Source of the DNA: Candidatus Daviesbacteria bacterium
GTDB taxonomy: Bacteria; Patescibacteriota; Microgenomatia; Daviesbacterales; UBA10151
Reading direction: 5' to 3'
Assembly: GCA_016186955.1 (NCBI GenBank)
Contig: JACPKP010000007.1
Span: 1,962-65,961, forward strand
Length of the DNA: 64,000 bases
A program made the position numbers and the translations under genes. The notes beneath the pieces are model-generated. The model saw only the letters and a list, made by a program, of their open reading frames with translations. It was not told the origin of the DNA and made no database searches. Shown piece by piece: positions 52,018 to 61,925 of this stretch. How positions within the stretch are numbered: the stretch's first letter is position 1; each line of letters begins with the position of its first letter.

Positions 52018-52411
52018 CCAAAACTACAAACAAGCAGTGGGGAGAAGAAAAGAGGCGGTTGCCAGAGTTAGGGTTTTCCCCGGACAGGGGCAGATGATAA
52101 TAAACGGCAAACAGGTGGCAGAGTACTTTAAAGGCCCGGTCTTCCAGAAAAAATACCAGAAGCCTTTTGAAGTAACAAAAACTTTGGGTAAATATACTGC
52201 GACGGTAAAAGTGTTGGGAGGGGGTGTGGTTTCCCAGCTTGATGCAACAGTCCACGGGATTGCCAGGGCTTTGGATCTTTTTGATAGGGATAATTACAGG
52301 CCAAGTTTGAAAAAGGTAGGGCTTTTAACAAGGGATGCCAGAGTGAAAGAGAGAAGAAAATATGGCCTCGCCCATAAAGCCAGGGCAAAAAAGCAATCCC
52401 CAAAAAGGTAA
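52010..52411 (+). CDS. rpsI: 30S protein uS9 (start refined to ATG 52010)
   Basis: GRRKEAVARV, LLTRDARVKERRKYG. Confidence 0.96.
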   Translation: MPDQNYKQAVGRRKEAVARVRVFPGQGQMIINGKQVAEYFKGPVFQKKYQKPFEVTKTLGKYTATVKVLGGGVVSQLDATVHGIARALDLFDRDNYRPSLKKVGLLTRDARVKERRKYGLAHKARAKKQSPKR

Positions 52412-52427
52412 AAATTAAACGGTATAC

Positions 52428-53372
52428 TTACTTGAATACTACTGCGTTTGGTAATGCCCTGCCAGGTCCGGCTTTGTACCCGCCGCTATAAAGAGCAATG
52501 GACCCGCCACCGTCTAAATTAAGCGCGTATTTTGCGCCTAAGGCTTTAAAGACTGCTGCGAAATCGTACATATCAACATTATAAGCAACTACTAAAAAGA
52601 TATTAGAATCGTTAAACCCGATTCCGCCTTTTGTGCCTTTAGAAGATTGTTTCGCTGAAAGCGATCCGCCCTCTACTGTAATATGACCGTTATTTAAAAT
52701 GCCCGGATAATTAACAATTCCTGCACGGATTCCATCGGCCCGGCCGGCATCCTGACGGTAATGGTAAGCGCCTCCGTTATCCTGATAAACCATGCTTCTT
52801 CCGCCCCAACCGAGATTACCCTCATTAATCCACTTATTTAACCTAGAGTTATAAACTGAAAAATCAAAAGAATTCTTTTTAGCAGCGCAATCGGCATAAT
52901 CTGCAGGACATGTATAAGTGCCGTGGATCCCTGCGTAACCCCCGAAATGATTAATATATTCTGCTAAGGGTTTTACAGGACAATCTGCGGCACAGTCTGA
53001 ATCATTGGCGGTATCCGTAATCATTTGTGCGCTAATCGGGAGGGTAACGACTGTTGCCCTGAAACTACCCTGTTCTGTCTGAATATTTCCTCCGGAATTT
53101 ACACCTGAGGAAGTGGTGGCAGAAGGTTTAGGAGTGGGGGAAGATTGAGGAGTTGGCGAAGAAGTTGATATTGGTGTGGGAGTTGGTGTGGGGGTAGAGG
53201 TAGACGATGGGGAAGGGGAGGGGCTTGGAGATAGTAATGGTGATGGACTGGGAGAGGGGGCAAGAAAGGTTTTACTTTTGCCCGCCTGGTTATAAGTGAC
53301 AACCAGAGTTGTTACTACAGCAATAATTAAAATTAAAACAATAGGGGCGATTCCTGAAGAATTCAACTGCAC
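52428..53372 (-). CDS. Membrane-anchored phosphodiester-glycosidase (NAGPA-like) protein with S/P/T linker
   Basis: NLDGGGS motif, GPGRALPNA; paralog of 56225-57406. Confidence 0.75.
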   Translation of the reverse strand: MQLNSSGIAPIVLILIIAVVTTLVVTYNQAGKSKTFLAPSPSPSPLLSPSPSPSPSSTSTPTPTPTPISTSSPTPQSSPTPKPSATTSSGVNSGGNIQTEQGSFRATVVTLPISAQMITDTANDSDCAADCPVKPLAEYINHFGGYAGIHGTYTCPADYADCAAKKNSFDFSVYNSRLNKWINEGNLGWGGRSMVYQDNGGAYHYRQDAGRADGIRAGIVNYPGILNNGHITVEGGSLSAKQSSKGTKGGIGFNDSNIFLVVAYNVDMYDFAAVFKALGAKYALNLDGGGSIALYSGGYKAGPGRALPNAVVFK

Positions 53373-53384
53373 AATCTTAGAATA

Positions 53385-54437
53385 TCACAACTTGATTATC
53401 TGTTCCCATGGGTAATCTGGGTTACCAAAGTGGCCATAGCTAGCTGTTTGAAGATAAATGGGTTTTCTTAAATTGAGTCTTTCTATAATTGCCAAAGGCC
53501 GGAAATCAAAATTTTTTTCAACCAATCTGGAAAGGCTTTTGGCGTCTTGGTCAACTGCTTCAACCATCAAAGGTTCTGCGCGGCCTATTGCGTATGAAAC
53601 AGATACCAGGCAGTTTTTGGCATGTTTGTTGGCTACAATATTTTTGGCAACAAACCTGCACATATAAGCTGCGGAGCGGTCAACTTTTGTCGGGTCTTTG
53701 CCGGAAAAACAACCCCCGCCATGCGGGACCAGTCCGCCATAGGTATCAACAATAATTTTCCTGCCGGTCAACCCCGTATCAGAGGCGAAACCGCCAATTA
53801 CAAAAGAGCCGGTCGGGTTAACCAAAATTTCAATTCCTTTGATATTTCCCACAATAGGTTTGATTAGTTTGTTGGCCAGGTCTTTTCTGATTTGGGACTG
53901 GGTTACTTTTTTATCATGCTGGCAGGAAATAAGGATTGTTTTGACTGTTTTGCCTTCAATGGTAACCTGGGCTTTGCCGTCAGGTTTTAACCATTTGAGA
54001 ATGCCTTCTTCACGCAGTTTCTGCAGACCTTTGGTAAGTTGATGGACTAAGACTACACCTTTGGGTAAAAACTGGGGTGTTTCATCAGTGGCAAACCCGT
54101 ACATAATGCCCTGGTCGCCTGCGCCGCCGCTGTCGACCCCCTGTGCAATGTCAGGGGATTGCCGGACTATGCGGGTGATGATTTTGATTGGTTCTTTATA
54201 TCCCAATTTTTTGTATAAATCAGCTGCTATTTTTTTAAAGTTGACTTCTGCTTGAGTTGTCAGCTCCCCGCCAATAACCAGCATCCCATGGCAGCCGAAA
54301 GATTCAATAGCCACTCGCGATTTGGGGTCTTGCCGTAAACATTCATCTAAAATTGCGTCTGAGATTTGGTCGCAGACTTTATCAGGGTGTCCGCAGGTGA
54401 CAGATTCTACAGTGTAGATTTTTGGGTTGATAATCAT
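53385..54437 (-). CDS. metK: S-adenosylmethionine synthetase (start refined to MIINPK)
   Basis: ESVTCGHPDK, GAGDQG, GGGCFSGKD. Confidence 0.97.
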   Translation of the reverse strand: MIINPKIYTVESVTCGHPDKVCDQISDAILDECLRQDPKSRVAIESFGCHGMLVIGGELTTQAEVNFKKIAADLYKKLGYKEPIKIITRIVRQSPDIAQGVDSGGAGDQGIMYGFATDETPQFLPKGVVLVHQLTKGLQKLREEGILKWLKPDGKAQVTIEGKTVKTILISCQHDKKVTQSQIRKDLANKLIKPIVGNIKGIEILVNPTGSFVIGGFASDTGLTGRKIIVDTYGGLVPHGGGCFSGKDPTKVDRSAAYMCRFVAKNIVANKHAKNCLVSVSYAIGRAEPLMVEAVDQDAKSLSRLVEKNFDFRPLAIIERLNLRKPIYLQTASYGHFGNPDYPWEQIIKL

Positions 54438-54440
54438 AAA

Positions 54441-54525
54441 CCCCCGCATCATCTTTGGCACCGCGTCCTGTTTACCAACAAACTCGGTTGCCGGTCCGAT
54501 GTTAGATCGGACTCTCTTGATGTTT
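54441..54525 (-). ncRNA. SAM-I-clan riboswitch (SAM-I/IV-like)
   Basis: CATCAAGAG, GTCCGAT/ATCGGAC hairpin, GGCAACC...GGTGCC, AAAGATG directly upstream of metK. Confidence 0.8.
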
Positions 54526-54589
54526 ACATCTATATTTTTAACTTATTGAAAATTTTTTGTCAAGACATTGTTGTAGATACGAACTAATA

Positions 54590-55540
54590 TTAATAAGTAC
54601 AAATACCACCTGCACCGATAATTGTTAGATCAGATCCTACCTCATAAACTGCATTATCATTCCCGCCATCTGAAACCACTTTGGGTGATTGTTGACTGGA
54701 TTCCAGTGCAGCATCGATCTCCCATTTTGAACCTCCATCCGAACAATAGGTATAGTGATAAATACCACTATTAACCGGATCTACCGGTAAAATTGGTACG
54801 CCCACAGCTTTTTGGGCCTGCAAATTAACTTTTATCCATCCTGTTCCTGCAGCAGACCGGTTATTTGAACTGGTATCTAAACTTCTACCTGTACATCCTT
54901 CTTTTGCAACTCCTCCCATGCACAAAACTGAAGCTGTTGATGTTGCCTCTTGGTATGTAACATTAATAGCTTGTTGCAGGTTCGCAAGATCAGAAAGCCT
55001 GTAAGCGTCTCTTGACCTTTTAGTTAATTCGGACACATCATTCGGGGTGTTTTGCTTTGTTGATTCACCATTAATTGGAGCCGGAGGGACCAAAGCCGAA
55101 TTAGCATTTAATTTAAAACAGTAATTTCCCTTTGGATGCTGCCATTTTTTATCAGTGTATGAATAATCATAAACTTGACCCAAACGCGGCTCATCTGAAA
55201 CTTTTGTATTATCTGTCGAGAAATCTGCGCAAAGCTGGTAATCACTACTGGCCCCGGCTGTATATTGATAATCAGCTTTTGTCTCCGGATCCTTGGTATT
55301 TTTACTAACATAACTGTAAGTACTATCTTCAGTAACTTCTTTCAGGTCTTTGGGTAGCTTGTTGCTTTTTTGGTAGTAGCTTTCTATGGCGTAACTGATA
55401 TTTGATAAATCAGAAATTCTCTGAGCATCAAATTTTTTATTCCTGGTTTCAAAAGGTGAGCCGGATTCAGAAATCCCATAAATTACTGCCCCGAGCATAA
55501 TCAAGCTTAAGATGGTGATAGTTATTATCTGCTTAATCAT
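54590..55540 (-). CDS. Pilin-like protein with two pilin-type domains
   Basis: N-terminal TM helix, DAQRISDL and DAYRLSDL, KDPET, LPVDP, Cys pairs. Confidence 0.65.
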   Translation of the reverse strand: MIKQIITITILSLIMLGAVIYGISESGSPFETRNKKFDAQRISDLSNISYAIESYYQKSNKLPKDLKEVTEDSTYSYVSKNTKDPETKADYQYTAGASSDYQLCADFSTDNTKVSDEPRLGQVYDYSYTDKKWQHPKGNYCFKLNANSALVPPAPINGESTKQNTPNDVSELTKRSRDAYRLSDLANLQQAINVTYQEATSTASVLCMGGVAKEGCTGRSLDTSSNNRSAAGTGWIKVNLQAQKAVGVPILPVDPVNSGIYHYTYCSDGGSKWEIDAALESSQQSPKVVSDGGNDNAVYEVGSDLTIIGAGGICTY

Positions 55541-56177
55541 TGGTTTTGCGGTCTTCCCGGACTTCATTTAAAAGATAAACAAATATTGAACCGGCGACCA
55601 GAAAAGTTACCCCCAAGTGGGCAAAAGAACGGGTGCTGGTAGTTCCGCCCAGGAAACCGTATATTGTGGAAATCAGGTGGCTGATCATGATAATAAAAGT
55701 GCCGACCAGGGTTAAATAGATGAGAACTTTTCTCGCCCTTAAGTTTCTGATACCAGGTTTGGTTATGAGTTGGTGTTTCAGCAGCAAAAAAAGCGCTGCA
55801 AATACCGGAAAAGTCACAATGATTCCGGCAATATAGCCCTTCAAAAGCCAATTATCGGCATAGGACAGATAATTCAAAGTTGTCCGGTCAATGCTATCTT
55901 TAATCAGTTGGTCAACCGCGTGGTGAAGGATTCCTCCCAGTGAGGTAAAACTAACATAAAGACAGATAAAAAGCAGGATGTATTGGAAGGAAACCCACAT
56001 TCCAAATTGAGGTACAGGCGGAGGAGGCAGATTAATACCCGGTGTTGACGGAGCCAAGGCTTCATTAACATCATGTTCAGACCAGCCGGATTTTATTAAA
56101 TGGGCTTTAATCTGTTCATCTGTAACTTTTTGGGTTCTTGCTTGGGTGATATATTTTATTAATTCCGAATTTGCCAT
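55533..56177 (-). CDS. Membrane protein (DUF5671-like)
   Basis: N-terminal IKAHLIKSGWSEHDV domain plus 4 TM helices; overlaps the pilin-like gene. Confidence 0.65.
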   Translation of the reverse strand: MANSELIKYITQARTQKVTDEQIKAHLIKSGWSEHDVNEALAPSTPGINLPPPPVPQFGMWVSFQYILLFICLYVSFTSLGGILHHAVDQLIKDSIDRTTLNYLSYADNWLLKGYIAGIIVTFPVFAALFLLLKHQLITKPGIRNLRARKVLIYLTLVGTFIIMISHLISTIYGFLGGTTSTRSFAHLGVTFLVAGSIFVYLLNEVREDRKTND

Positions 56178-56224
56178 TTCAATTAATTATTGCTGAATAA
56201 AATCATAAAATCAACAAACATGCA

Positions 56225-57406
56225 CTACTTTTTTACTAAAAGCAGGGCATTGGGGATCTGTCTGCCCGGGCCGGCTTTGTAACCGCCAAACCAGAGGGCG
56301 GTTGAGCCGCCTTGGTCCAAACCTAAAGCATTTTGCATCCCCATTGTTTTTAAGACCTGGGCTGTTTCTCCTGCGGAGGCATTATAAACAAGCCCTATAT
56401 AAACCGTTGAACCGGTAGTTCCTACAAAAGTCCTTGTCCCTTTGCTGTCAATTTTCGGGTCGCCGTTTGCAGAGAATTGTACTTCGCCGTTTAAAACATA
56501 CAATGGGTAATTTGCCAACACGCTGTCTACGGAGGTATCGCGCCCCCATTGCAGGCTTTGGGTGACAAACCTGGCGCTGCCTCCGGAAAAAATCACCGCC
56601 GGGACATTTGAGTAAACGTTATTGTCGGAGTTAAAATAAGTTTTATTTTTATTCATCAGCAGCGTATCAAAAGAGTTAGTTTTGCCGGTGCAGGACGGGT
56701 AAGATGAAGGGCAAAAAAATGAGCCGTTGATCCCGGCAAAAGCGCCTGACCTGGAGACAAAATCAGCCAGCGGTAAAACCGGGCAGTTGTCTCTGCAATC
56801 CCCATCTGACGCTGTATCAACGATAACTTTGGTGGAGTTTAAGTCTGCAGAAACGATGTTGACTAAAAAATCCCTGTTATCAATGTGGACTTTTTGCTGT
56901 GAGAAGCCTGAGCTTGGGGGAGTATTATTTTGGGGGACATTTTCCGGGATTTTAAAAGCTGCAGCTGCTTTTTGATTTTCTTTCTCAATGGAGCTTTTTA
57001 CATCAGCCAAAATCTTGCCGGCTTCGGAATAATTTCTTCCAGACAAAAGCTTTAGGGATTTGGCAAAACTTTTTTCAAATTCCGCTTTTTTTGTTTTATC
57101 GCCGGAGAAGTCCAGCATCTTTTCATAGGTTACGACAGCGCTGTCATAAGTTTTTTGGATATTGTCAACCTCTTTTTTAAGGTCCTGGTTTATTTTATAC
57201 TGGTCCTGGCTTTTTAATTCCAACAACTCTTTTTGTATGGCAAAAAGATCCTTCCTTAACTTTGTATCGTCATTGGAGATTTTTTGATAAATTACTTCCA
57301 GCTGGTTGGTTTTGTATAAAAAACCGCCGGATAACAGAATGAAAAACACAACTAAAATTATCAGGAATTTTGTCCGCAATATTTTAAACGGGGGAAAATG
57401 CTTCAC
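56225..57406 (-). CDS. NAGPA-like phosphodiester glycosidase with coiled-coil stalk
   Basis: AGINGSFF, GLDQGGS, GPGRQIPNA. Confidence 0.78.
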   Translation of the reverse strand: MKHFPPFKILRTKFLIILVVFFILLSGGFLYKTNQLEVIYQKISNDDTKLRKDLFAIQKELLELKSQDQYKINQDLKKEVDNIQKTYDSAVVTYEKMLDFSGDKTKKAEFEKSFAKSLKLLSGRNYSEAGKILADVKSSIEKENQKAAAAFKIPENVPQNNTPPSSGFSQQKVHIDNRDFLVNIVSADLNSTKVIVDTASDGDCRDNCPVLPLADFVSRSGAFAGINGSFFCPSSYPSCTGKTNSFDTLLMNKNKTYFNSDNNVYSNVPAVIFSGGSARFVTQSLQWGRDTSVDSVLANYPLYVLNGEVQFSANGDPKIDSKGTRTFVGTTGSTVYIGLVYNASAGETAQVLKTMGMQNALGLDQGGSTALWFGGYKAGPGRQIPNALLLVKK

Positions 57407-57437
57407 ATAAATTATAGTAACAAAGAATTAGATGGAA

Positions 57438-57824
57438 TTAAAGCGACTCCGGCAGATATTTCATCAGGAATTGTTCGGTCCCTGTGATAGCTTCGTTTAC
57501 AGAATCAGGTGGGTTTTGTTTGTGTTTAAGCGCATAGACTTCATAAAGCTTTTTTAGGCTGCCATTAGGCGGTATTGGCAATAACTCAATCTCTTCTGCT
57601 GAATGTAAGCTAATGGGTGGAAATTTAATCAATATTGTCAGGATTTTTTTATCACCTAATGCCCGTTCTATAACAGATCCGGCAACAGTGTGCTGTTTAT
57701 CTGCACGATCAATCCTAAACAGGCCGTCATAAATCCTATTCCCTTTGACATGTTTTAATTTCCAGCCTTTCTGCTGCCATAACTCTTTTGGCTGTTCAGG
57801 CGATTTTCTGATCTTTCTTTCCAT
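57438..57824 (-). CDS. Hypothetical protein (start refined to MERKIR)
   Basis: TATAAT 6 nt upstream of ATG. Confidence 0.55.
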   Translation of the reverse strand: MERKIRKSPEQPKELWQQKGWKLKHVKGNRIYDGLFRIDRADKQHTVAGSVIERALGDKKILTILIKFPPISLHSAEEIELLPIPPNGSLKKLYEVYALKHKQNPPDSVNEAITGTEQFLMKYLPESL

Positions 57825-57888
57825 TTTTGTATTATACCCAAAGGATGCATCCTTTTGCAACCATGAAATTTGTGGTATGGTAAAGGTG

Positions 57889-58164
57889 ATGGGCAAAAAA
57901 AGTTTTTTGGTGGTTTTGGGAGGGACTATTATTTGGTTTATTTCTACTATAATTCAACCTTTTGTTGATTTTTTTATATTTAAAAAACACATTGTGTCAA
58001 TTTTTGGGTCTCAATGTAGACCAACAGGTTACCCAATTCCACTTTGCCTAAGCGAAAATTCAGGTACGTTTTTTTACTACATGGTTATTTTAATTAATAT
58101 AATTTTTTGGTTTGCGGTTGTTTGGGTAATCTGGAAGATTCTTTTCAGAAGGAGAAAAAGCTAG
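57889..58164 (+). CDS. Small membrane protein
   Basis: Two TM helices around CRPTGYPIPLC. Confidence 0.55.
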   Translation: MGKKSFLVVLGGTIIWFISTIIQPFVDFFIFKKHIVSIFGSQCRPTGYPIPLCLSENSGTFFYYMVILINIIFWFAVVWVIWKILFRRRKS

Positions 58165-61121
58165 TACCCTGTTTCTAAGACCCCCTTGTTGGTAGTTAAA
58201 AAGATTAAGAGTAAACCATCTTTTTCTAAGACCTGTTTTTTATTATCATCAGATTTGATCTCCAGTTTGGTCCGGTTGGTTTTGGGGTCAAAATTGGCTG
58301 TCAGTTTGCCGTCACCGCTTAAAATTATTTTTTGGTCTAAGTTATCTTTGGCTTCCAGGTAGGTTTTATCAAAAGTAATTGGCGGTGATAAATTGTAGGA
58401 TAAACTTTTTAATTCCAGCCAGTCTTTTTTGTTTTGATTTTTTGGTTCAACTGCCAGTTGGGTTTGGTTGCCTGCCTCATCTGTTAAGTTTACCAGCCCG
58501 TTACCTGAATCTGAAACATCAACTGCGGATAGATTATCCGTGCCTAAAATATTGATATTCTGAAGCTGCGGGTTATAGATGATTTTTGCTTCCGGGGGAG
58601 TTTTATCAATTTTAATCCCTGTTTCCTGAGGAAACTCCCCGTTACCGGCATTATCAACAGACCTGAATTTTAATTTACTTAAACCTTCAACAGAGACAGT
58701 AAAAGGCCGGGTATAAGTTTGGACACTCTGGCCATTATCCAATGAGTACTCTGTTTTTAAAACACCGGAGTTGTCGTCTGTTGCGGTAAGTTCAACAGCC
58801 ACATCCGACCTGTACCAGCTGTTGCTGCCTGAGGCGCCGGTTAGTTTAACTGTGGTAATGGGGGGTGTCAGATCCGAGGTTTGGCTGCCGGTTAAAATAC
58901 TGGTTGGGGAAACTTGCAGGTCTTTTGTGCCGTCACCATCCCGGTCAATTTGTAGAATCGGCGGGTCGGCAGATCCGGTCTCAAAAACAGTTTCCGCTTT
59001 GGTATTTGGTGTTAAAGGGATATCTTGATAAAGGGTAGTTTGGGTGTTGATATCTTCGTTGTAGTCCCTGATTTTAAAATCAAAACTGCCCTGGCCAGTG
59101 GCTTCAAATTTAACGGTATAAATTCCATCATCAGGCAGAAAGATAAATTTGGCGTCACCTAAGCTGTCATAGGAACTGCCCGGGATATTTGCCTCAAACC
59201 CGCCATCAGGCAAAGGCCCGGTATGATTTCCCAAAAAGTCATAAAGATGGATGTTGACAGGCGAGTGGACGGAAAATAATTCCCCTTTTAATTTAAAAGC
59301 CTCTGCAGATACCCCTGAGGGTAAAGCAGGGTCGTCTTTTAAAATATTTTTAACTAAATTTAGCGCAGGACCGTTGCCCGGCAGGCTGGCATGGTTTTGT
59401 TTGGTGAAATAAACCCCGCCGGGTTTTTTTAAAGAAGCGCTCAAAAGCGGGACAGTATCATCGCCGTTGATTTTCAGCCCGTCGGTTTGGGGGATTTTTA
59501 TCCCGGCAAAGTCTATTTTATATTTTTCAATGATCTGGCCTAAAGTGTCTATGCCGGAGCCGGCAATAACAGATACCTGGACCCCGTTGGTGTTGTCCAG
59601 GCTATTGTCTAAGTTGTGGAAAGATTCTGCAGGGGTAAAAAGTTGGGTGTTGTGGCCAAGGTTGGTTAGAAGCTCTTTGGTCTGGGTATAGTTTAAACCA
59701 CCGGTGACGTTGTTGTTGTCGATATCCCGCAAATCCTTAAAAGGGACAGGGTGCTGGTTGTCAGACCCTGAATAAAAGTCATAATATTTTTGTGTAGGAG
59801 CAAGTTCAAATGCCCCAGTCAGGTTTTGAAAAACATCTTTTAGTTCTGAAGGAGAAATTCCTATACAAAGAGGACTCGTGTCTTTTGTACTCAAACAATC
59901 CCCGTACAACAATCCTTTTAAAATCTTTACTGATCCTAAATTTGGCGGCGCTAGGGTGATTAATTTCCTGACATTGCCTGCTTTGGTTGGGTCTGCAATA
60001 TAATTTCTGGCAACCAAACCGCCCATGGAGTGGGTGACAATGTCTACTTTATCAGCGCCTGTTTGGGTTTTTATGGCGTTTATTTTTTGGTCAAGCAGGT
60101 CTTTGGTTTGGGATAGATCTTTTCTCCAGTCATAAGGGAAGATAAACAGGTCCTGGTTTAGGATGTAGCCGTTTTGGGTGAAAAAATCTAAAGTCTGCTG
60201 GTAAGCACCAGGAAACAGATTACCGGTTAGTTCTAGATCGGCCTCCGGGGTTATCCCGTCAGCTTTTAACTTTAAAATATCAAAATAATCATCATCCCCG
60301 GGCTTGATTGCTTCCCCCTCATTGACCCAGACTTTTTCTCCTGCAGAGTAGTTATTGGTAAAAGTACCTCCATGGCCATTGGGTTTTGACCAGCTGACAG
60401 CATCTTTAGTTTTCAGCTCCGAACCCCCTATGCCCGGGATAAAAATTAAGGGGGTTTTGGTAGGCGGAGGGGGAGCGCTCAACAGGGAGGTAATTTTAAC
60501 ATTGTCAAACTTTACATAAATTTTTCCCAAGTCGCCGGTCCAGGACTGCAGCCCGATCCCGCCCTTTTTTAGATTCGTCCCGGCATCGGTATAGTTTATA
60601 ACTAAGTTATTATTGATCCAAAGCTTAATATTTTCACCTATAACCTCAATTTTGATGTGGTACCAGACGTTGTTTAAAAGCTGTTGGGAGCGGGTGGACT
60701 TGACCAGGGCGCCATGGCCATTTTCAGACTTCCAAAATTTTACCTCAGGGGTGTTATATGCACCAGTCCCGTGCCTTAAATTAAATGCATAAGCATTTCC
60801 TCCTGCCCTTCTGAACTCTATCCCCTCATCTACCCCGGAATAATTATTTACATCAATCTCAATCCGGTAATTATCCCACTCGCTGCTGCCTGTATTGATC
60901 TCACTGAAAATATTGGTTTTACCTGAAACATTAGATATTAAATTCCCGCCATTGACAGACCAAACCCCTGCAGCAACAGTCCAGCCGTTAAAATTTCCGT
61001 CATTGAAATTATCAGAAAAAAGCAGCGGGCCATCGGTTGTATCAGCAAAAACAAGGTTGGGAGGGACAAGTAAAAAAGAAAAGAGGATTAAAAAAATAAC
61101 TTTAAAAATTTTTGCTGCCAT
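58161..61121 (-). CDS. Secreted alpha/beta-hydrolase (LCAT/PGAP1-like lipase or acyltransferase) with N-terminal lectin-like and C-terminal Ig-like domains
   Basis: Signal peptide, FIPGIGGS, FPYDWR, THSMGGL, GDDTVP...H. Confidence 0.82.
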   Translation of the reverse strand: MAAKIFKVIFLILFSFLLVPPNLVFADTTDGPLLFSDNFNDGNFNGWTVAAGVWSVNGGNLISNVSGKTNIFSEINTGSSEWDNYRIEIDVNNYSGVDEGIEFRRAGGNAYAFNLRHGTGAYNTPEVKFWKSENGHGALVKSTRSQQLLNNVWYHIKIEVIGENIKLWINNNLVINYTDAGTNLKKGGIGLQSWTGDLGKIYVKFDNVKITSLLSAPPPPTKTPLIFIPGIGGSELKTKDAVSWSKPNGHGGTFTNNYSAGEKVWVNEGEAIKPGDDDYFDILKLKADGITPEADLELTGNLFPGAYQQTLDFFTQNGYILNQDLFIFPYDWRKDLSQTKDLLDQKINAIKTQTGADKVDIVTHSMGGLVARNYIADPTKAGNVRKLITLAPPNLGSVKILKGLLYGDCLSTKDTSPLCIGISPSELKDVFQNLTGAFELAPTQKYYDFYSGSDNQHPVPFKDLRDIDNNNVTGGLNYTQTKELLTNLGHNTQLFTPAESFHNLDNSLDNTNGVQVSVIAGSGIDTLGQIIEKYKIDFAGIKIPQTDGLKINGDDTVPLLSASLKKPGGVYFTKQNHASLPGNGPALNLVKNILKDDPALPSGVSAEAFKLKGELFSVHSPVNIHLYDFLGNHTGPLPDGGFEANIPGSSYDSLGDAKFIFLPDDGIYTVKFEATGQGSFDFKIRDYNEDINTQTTLYQDIPLTPNTKAETVFETGSADPPILQIDRDGDGTKDLQVSPTSILTGSQTSDLTPPITTVKLTGASGSNSWYRSDVAVELTATDDNSGVLKTEYSLDNGQSVQTYTRPFTVSVEGLSKLKFRSVDNAGNGEFPQETGIKIDKTPPEAKIIYNPQLQNINILGTDNLSAVDVSDSGNGLVNLTDEAGNQTQLAVEPKNQNKKDWLELKSLSYNLSPPITFDKTYLEAKDNLDQKIILSGDGKLTANFDPKTNRTKLEIKSDDNKKQVLEKDGLLLIFLTTNKGVLETGY

Positions 61122-61182
61122 AAAGCCGGGCAGCTTTGAGTTCCGGGCAAAATATACCATAACAATGTTATAATTTCAAGCA

Positions 61183-61253
61183 CGGGGAGTAGTATAGTGG
61201 TAACACGCCGCGCTGGGGGTGCGGCATCGGGAGTTCGATTCTCCCCTCCCCGA
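61183..61253 (+). tRNA. tRNA-Pro(GGG), CCA not fully encoded
   Basis: CGGGGAG/CTCCCCG acceptor stem, CCGCG-CTGGGGG-TGCGG anticodon arm, GGGAG-TTCGATT-CTCCC T-arm. Confidence 0.92.
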
Positions 61254-61335
61254 CCTTTCGACTCGCTTCGCTCGCTCAAGGTCTTCGACCAGCAAAATTT
61301 AGTAGAGTCGAAAGGCCCTGAGCTTGTCGAAGGGC
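61254..61335. repeat. REP-like palindrome pair upstream of the GIY-YIG gene
   Basis: CCTTTCGACTCGCTTCGCTCGCTCAAGG and GCCCTGAGCTTGTCGAAGGGC. Confidence 0.8.
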
Positions 61336-61340
61336 TAAAT

Positions 61341-61595
61341 ATGTTCAAAGTATATATTTTGAGAGGTCCATTGAATCATCTTTACATAGGATATACTCAT
61401 GATCTAGACAATCGAATAAAGAGACATCAGTTGGGAGTTGGAGCTGAATTTACCAAACGCAATAAAACACTTGAGGTTGTATATACTGAAACATTTAATA
61501 CTTTGCTAGAAGCTCGTAGACGAGAATCACAAATTAAAGGTTGGAGAAGAGAAAAGAAAGAGAATTTAATCAAGTTTGGCAAACCAGTTTTATAA
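61341..61595 (+). CDS. Small stand-alone GIY-YIG nuclease (start refined to MFKVYIL)
   Basis: VYIL...LYIGYT..L..RIKRH, EARRRESQIKGWRREKK. Confidence 0.9.
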   Translation: MFKVYILRGPLNHLYIGYTHDLDNRIKRHQLGVGAEFTKRNKTLEVVYTETFNTLLEARRRESQIKGWRREKKENLIKFGKPVL

Positions 61596-61925
61596 TTATT
61601 AAACTGGATAAAGTAATCCTTTGATCTGTTTAGAACATTGGGCCTTCGGCCGAAGCTCTAAAACTGTCGGCTCGAACGGTCAAGAAAAATTCTTCGACTT
61701 CGCTCAGAACATGCGGAACACGCAAATTTTTAATACACCTCTCGCCTTTGGTGAGGCAAAGAACTTTTTTCCTTCTGCTTTCAACTTAAAAGGCGCAACC
61801 GGTGGAGACAATTTATATTAAAATCTATCTTATACTTTGCTTGAATTCCTTCAGTGCTTTAATTTTTACCTTTCAAAATACCTAAATGCTAATTACCCGC
61901 CTTGGTAAAAAACTAATCTTATAAT

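Noticed and set aside
14258-52403. Many antisense and alternative-frame ORFs over rpoB, rpoC, fusA, tuf and ribosomal genes
   Set aside because: Shadow ORFs of conserved genes with no recognisable motifs.
53100-53260. Low-complexity GGGGA/GGTGT repeats
   Set aside because: They simply encode an S/P/T linker on the minus strand.
61197-61340. N-terminal extension of the GIY-YIG ORF in the ORF track
   Set aside because: It overlaps tRNA-Pro and the REPs; the real start is ATG 61341.
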